DNA from: a virus | Lineage: Duplodnaviria; Caudoviricetes | DNA length: 39,319 nucleotides | Virus record (IMG/VR): IMGVR_UViG_3300048819_000214 | Span: 1-39,319 of that record | Direction: 5' to 3' (one strand) | Shown here: positions 35,436-39,319 of the stretch, piece after piece | Position numbering within the stretch: position 1 is the stretch's first letter | Layout: each line of letters starts with the position of its first letter | The notes under the pieces: model-generated | What the model saw: the letters and a program-made list of their open reading frames with translations, nothing else | Database searches by the model: none | Told to the model about the DNA's origin: nothing | Position numbers and translations under genes: made by a program

Positions 35436-36473
35436 TTAGGGTTTAACTGAAGGAGCATATAATGTGGGTTGAGCACCATAAGTATGCCCTGGCCAACCAA
35501 TTTGTATTGCACCATTTATTGTATTGCTACCGATCCATTCAGTATTGTTATATCCACCATCATTACTAAATGGATGTGTCACATTGGTGAAAGTATTATT
35601 TAAAATTGCAGACCCTGGGGAATTTGCTATTGATATGCCCCATATAAGACCTATAAACAGATTGTTAGACACAGTAACATTGTAATGCCCACTCATCACA
35701 CCTATTTCTAAACCAACTGTAGAATTGGTATTGATTATATTTCCATAGGCTGTACCTGAATAAATACTTCCACCAAAAGAAATTGGATAATTAGTAATAT
35801 TGCTTATGTTATTACGATCAATATGAAAGTTTGTGACAACAGAACCTATACCGGTTTCAATTCCCATGCGCGTCATATTTTGAATAATATTATCAGATAC
35901 AATCATTGTATCTTGAGCGTTAGAACCTGCATTAGTTCGCCATGTCACACCTTGCCAACTCGCAGTCATAAAATTATCTTGGATATATGTTTGCGCTGAA
36001 TTCCACAACCAAAAATCATTGGTATTAGTCCAGTTTTGAAAATTATTATTTGCTATGTGAATATTAGATGAATAGCCATCTAAATAAACAGCCCCAGATT
36101 CATCACCAGGTCCACCATTGTTACCATCTATGATACAGTTACTAACCGTAACATTTGAGATTGGATTGCCTGCAAACATTGCATTAGTACCGGAAGCTAG
36201 CAATGTTGCACCACATTGACAAGCAATAGAAACACCCGATTTAAGCTTTATGACAGTGGGAACATTATAAACGCCAGGAGCTAAAACCAACAAAGTACCT
36301 GAACTAGCCGCATTAATCGCATTTTGTAAATTGCTAGATGTATTTAAATAAGTTGTAATTCCCGAAGGAACACTAACCGGCGGAAAACTTGCTGTACAAG
36401 CGCCAATTCCAGAAATAGCCCCTGACCATCCTGGAATCATGCAAGCTATTAAAAATCCTAAATGTTTTTTCAT
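35436..36473 (-). CDS. Signal-peptide-bearing right-handed beta-helix (pectin-lyase-fold) protein
   Basis: MKKHLGFLIACMIPGWSGA N-terminus; LQNAINAASSGTLLVLAPGVY cap; repeated (I/V)xxNxI Asn ladders. Confidence 0.8.
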   Translation of the reverse strand: MKKHLGFLIACMIPGWSGAISGIGACTASFPPVSVPSGITTYLNTSSNLQNAINAASSGTLLVLAPGVYNVPTVIKLKSGVSIACQCGATLLASGTNAMFAGNPISNVTVSNCIIDGNNGGPGDESGAVYLDGYSSNIHIANNNFQNWTNTNDFWLWNSAQTYIQDNFMTASWQGVTWRTNAGSNAQDTMIVSDNIIQNMTRMGIETGIGSVVTNFHIDRNNISNITNYPISFGGSIYSGTAYGNIINTNSTVGLEIGVMSGHYNVTVSNNLFIGLIWGISIANSPGSAILNNTFTNVTHPFSNDGGYNNTEWIGSNTINGAIQIGWPGHTYGAQPTLYAPSVKP

Positions 36474-36947
36474 TTATATATCCTTTTGTTCATTAAATTT
36501 AGCAATGAGCATTTGTGCGAAGAGGTCAGCTAAATTGCCTTCGGTAAAAGTATATGTATTATCTGTACCTTCTTCAGGTTGGAAGTATAAAGATAATTTG
36601 ACTTTATCCTGGCCAAGATTAAAGAAACAATCCTTGGATAAATCTAGTAATTCTTGGGCTGTAAAAGCGGAATATTGATTTAGAATAGTTCTATATTTAG
36701 AATAATCTAATCCACTTATCTCAAATTGCGTTTCTATAATTTTCTCTTGTGAAGAATCTTTATTAAACTGAATCAAATAAGGTATTTCATACCAATAAAA
36801 TATTGATTCTTGTTCAACGCCAATCTGTTTTAATTTCTTAGCATATTCAAGAGATACACTTATACATTCAGGAAAATATTTTCTATTTCTCGTTTTTGAG
36901 AAATCTATATTAGTGTTGATTTCTGAGCAGATATCTTCTAATTCCAT
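36474..36947 (-). CDS. Hypothetical protein
   Basis: VSLEYAKKLKQIGVEQES.FYW...YSAFT..EL motif. Confidence 0.7.
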   Translation of the reverse strand: MELEDICSEINTNIDFSKTRNRKYFPECISVSLEYAKKLKQIGVEQESIFYWYEIPYLIQFNKDSSQEKIIETQFEISGLDYSKYRTILNQYSAFTAQELLDLSKDCFFNLGQDKVKLSLYFQPEEGTDNTYTFTEGNLADLFAQMLIAKFNEQKDI

Positions 36948-37106
36948 TTATTTATCTCTATCTTCTATTTTCTTATTGTTCAAAACATCTAAAATAGCTT
37001 GATCAAAAAGTTTGGATATCTTCCATACTGCTATTGCCATCCCTTGATTAAAACCTTGTTGATATGCTTTAGTTTCTTCAATCGGAATGTTATAGGTTAT
37101 TTGCAT
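36948..37106 (-). CDS. 52-aa hypothetical protein (not in ORF track)
   Basis: AAGGA RBS; MQITYNIPIEETKAYQQGFNQG. Confidence 0.55.
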   Translation of the reverse strand: MQITYNIPIEETKAYQQGFNQGMAIAVWKISKLFDQAILDVLNNKKIEDRDK

Positions 37107-37272
37107 TATTTTTCCTTGTAATTAAATCAAATCGACCTTTTTCAAAATTCTCTTTTGCTTCTTTTAAATCTTTGTCTAGGCTTAGTACTTTTTCTTCAAG
37201 TTCTTCAAATGATTGAGTGGGATTAGTTTGAAAATTGGTGGTGCTAGGAGGAATGGTATTGTTAGCGGTCAT
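37090..37272 (-). CDS. Hypothetical protein
   Basis: ATGA-coupled ORF. Confidence 0.5.
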   Translation of the reverse strand: MTANNTIPPSTTNFQTNPTQSFEELEEKVLSLDKDLKEAKENFEKGRFDLITRKNNANNL

Positions 37273-37526
37273 ATTTGAATATCCGGTAAAATTGCTTTTA
37301 AAGCAAAGGTGTAAATGCGGCCAGAGGTGTTGCCTACAATTCCAATCGTAGGAATGCTTGGGCCGCCTAGAATAGTATTATTTGAAATAGTTCCTTGGAG
37401 AGGTAGCATCATAAAGCCTTCAATAAACGCAAATCCAGCTTCATTTTGTATAGGCGTTAATTTTAATTTTTCTTGCAAAGCATTTTGTAATTGGTTTTTT
37501 ATGTCTGAAAAATTTATGGGGTTCAT
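37269..37526 (-). CDS. Hypothetical protein
   Basis: LGGPSIPTIGIVGNTSGRIYTFALK motif. Confidence 0.65.
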   Translation of the reverse strand: MNPINFSDIKNQLQNALQEKLKLTPIQNEAGFAFIEGFMMLPLQGTISNNTILGGPSIPTIGIVGNTSGRIYTFALKAILPDIQI

Positions 37527-37667
37527 TTTTTTGTCTCATCGGACATATCAGCAGGAAAAGGAATCATTATAGTATGTTGACCTTCTCTAATATTGTGCTT
37601 TTGTCTATGGAATGATCCACCGATTAATATTATTTCCATTTATATTTTCCATTCATGTTTTCTAATC

Positions 37668-37838
37668 TCATAGATTTTCTTCTTCTTGTTGTTTAAGTTC
37701 AAATAAGCCAAGCAATAGCTCGAGGTCTTCAATAACATACTTAACTTCCCTACCTGCTAAATCTAACACTGCTCTTTTAAGCCAATTGCTACTTTTCTTA
37801 CTTTGAAGTAAAGCGAACGCTTGCTCTTTATAGCTCAT
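37668..37838 (-). CDS. 56-aa hypothetical protein (not in ORF track)
   Basis: MSYKEQAFALLQSKKSSNWLKRAVLDLAGREVKYVIEDLELL. Confidence 0.5.
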   Translation of the reverse strand: MSYKEQAFALLQSKKSSNWLKRAVLDLAGREVKYVIEDLELLLGLFELKQQEEENL

Positions 37839-38050
37839 CAATTCTTATCCCTAATGATTGCTAATCGAATCACTATACCTGTCCCGATCAATAATATTAT
37901 AATCTGCAATATAATATCTAACATCTTATTTCTCTCCATTGTTAATTCCGACAGCACGAATAATAACACCCGCTAACAAGAATAGAAACATTTACCTATT
38001 GGTGGATACATATGGTATTATGAATAAAATATCAACATGGATGAGAAATT

Positions 38051-38278
38051 ATGAGACCACTTTTACCACCCGAGAAAAAACGTAAAATGGTAAGTTTTAT
38101 GATTAGCCCGGAATGTGCATCTGTCATTGAAAATATGATTAAAGAATATCAAACTAAAATATTTAGACGCTTCACCAAAACCGATCTATTCGAAATGGGA
38201 ATATGGCATTTAAGCCAAGATTTAGCTAAAAAATCAATTACGGACTTATATAAAAAATATTTAAAGGACAAATCTTAG
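38051..38278 (+). CDS. Ribbon-helix-helix-like DNA-binding protein
   Basis: RKMVSFMISPE beta-ribbon followed by two helices (FTKTDLFEMGI). Confidence 0.55.
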   Translation: MRPLLPPEKKRKMVSFMISPECASVIENMIKEYQTKIFRRFTKTDLFEMGIWHLSQDLAKKSITDLYKKYLKDKS

Positions 38279-38469
38279 TGAATGATAAACTAGATAAATT
38301 AAAAAAATATATAAAAATTCAGGCTGAGGATAAGCATATTTGGTTTCAAGCAGAAACTATTACCGAAGCTTATTTACAAGCTGAACTTCGCCTATTAGCA
38401 TGGCTTATTGAAGAAGCTTCAATTGAACAAATTAATATCGAGATTCAAATAAAAAAGGAAAACTTATAA
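38278..38469 (+). CDS. Hypothetical protein
   Basis: QAEDKHIWFQAETITEAYLQAELR motif. Confidence 0.6.
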   Translation: MNDKLDKLKKYIKIQAEDKHIWFQAETITEAYLQAELRLLAWLIEEASIEQINIEIQIKKENL

Positions 38470-38624
38470 TGCCGTTAAAGCCAGGAAAAAAGAATATCGG
38501 GAAAAACATTAAAGAAATGGAAAATAGCGGATATCCAAAAAAACAAGCTATTGCAGCTAGCTTAAATGAAGCTAGAAAATCAGGCGTAAAAATAGTAAAA
38601 TCAAAACCTAAAAATAAAAAATAA
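38469..38624 (+). CDS. 51-aa basic protein (not in ORF track)
   Basis: MPLKPGKKNIGKNIKEMENSGYPKKQAIAASLNEARKS, a pattern common in phage small proteins. Confidence 0.7.
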   Translation: MPLKPGKKNIGKNIKEMENSGYPKKQAIAASLNEARKSGVKIVKSKPKNKK

Positions 38625-38725
38625 AAAGATGAGTAATCAAACGAATTATGTAACCTAAATATAACTTACAGTTTACATAAATAAATTTTTGTAAACTGTA
38701 AGCTACATTATTGCCCAAAACTTTT

Positions 38726-39319
38726 TTACAATACTGAATAACCAATAATAATCGTGCCATTAAGAGCTGTGGCAGCAGTAAGGTTGTAAATCGTGAGCGT
38801 AGCCGTTCCTGCGCCAGCAACTACTTTAAAGTTAACGTTTTGAGTAGTATTTGTTCCACCTTGAATCGTTAATCCAATAACTGATGTAGTTGAAATAAAG
38901 GTATTTGTCCAAGTAATAACATAAGTACCTGCGCCCGCGGTTGTTAATGCTGAAGTCGTCAAATAACCAGCAACACCATTAGCTGTCACTGCATTTGCAG
39001 CCTCAGTGCCATTAACTTTAGCTAAAACAATGCTAGATCCAGCAGCCATTGTATTAACAATATTTTTCTGCATAACATTAGCCAGCAATACACCTGAATC
39101 AGCTACAGCACCGGCGGTCCCACTGAAAACTACAAGATCAGTACTTATTACAGGCAACGTAGGTAATGGAATATTACCGGCATCTACAACTTGATTTAAT
39201 GTATAAGTTGCAACACCTTGTGTATAAACAACTGTTGGTGTGCATTCTGTATAAGTTCCTGTGCCCAATTGATTAATTGATCCTGTGTACAAATAAATAA
39301 CATCAAAAATATCATTTGG
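38726..39319 (-). CDS. 3' part of the join-spanning virion protein (see 1..446)
   Basis: Open frame to the window end; stop at 38726. Confidence 0.85.
   Translation of the reverse strand, partial: PNDIFDVIYLYTGSINQLGTGTYTECTPTVVYTQGVATYTLNQVVDAGNIPLPTLPVISTDLVVFSGTAGAVADSGVLLANVMQKNIVNTMAAGSSIVLAKVNGTEAANAVTANGVAGYLTTSALTTAGAGTYVITWTNTFISTTSVIGLTIQGGTNTTQNVNFKVVAGAGTATLTIYNLTAATALNGTIIIGYSVL
39021..39319. repeat. Terminal direct repeat, right copy
   Basis: 294/299 identical to 1-299. Confidence 0.97.

Noticed and set aside
1-39319. Stop-codon reassignment, tRNA genes or a host assignment
   Set aside because: Genes read normally in the standard code and TGA is used as a stop. No tRNA fold was seen, and the host cannot be determined without a search.

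Overview
The window is very likely a complete, circularly permuted ~39.0 kb AT-rich tailed phage genome with a P22-like podovirus gene order. Bases 1-299 repeat at 39021-39319 with 5 substitutions, and one gene runs across the join. The minus strand carries replication initiator, RusA, endolysin, ParB-DNA methylase, terS, intein-containing terL, portal, scaffold, coat, head-tail adaptor, gp10-like hub, three ejection proteins and several fibre/spike genes. Plus-strand islands hold a Sak4-like AAA ATPase with an SSB, an HNH endonuclease and small early genes. I found no integrase, CI-type repressor, helicase/loader, tRNA, CRISPR array or reverse transcriptase. The standout observation is that rusA is split between its catalytic aspartates by CGG AGG GAC CTT TGA C, which matches the prfB (release factor 2) +1 programmed frameshift cassette and suggests an RF2-sensing switch on a phage resolvase. 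Other points of interest are tandem Acb2/Tad1-like sponge candidates, a structured leader before the scaffold gene, palindromic origin iterons with DnaA boxes, a possible antisense RNA over the rep leader and a probable AUA-initiated virion gene. All family calls are from motif recognition and synteny, not database searches.
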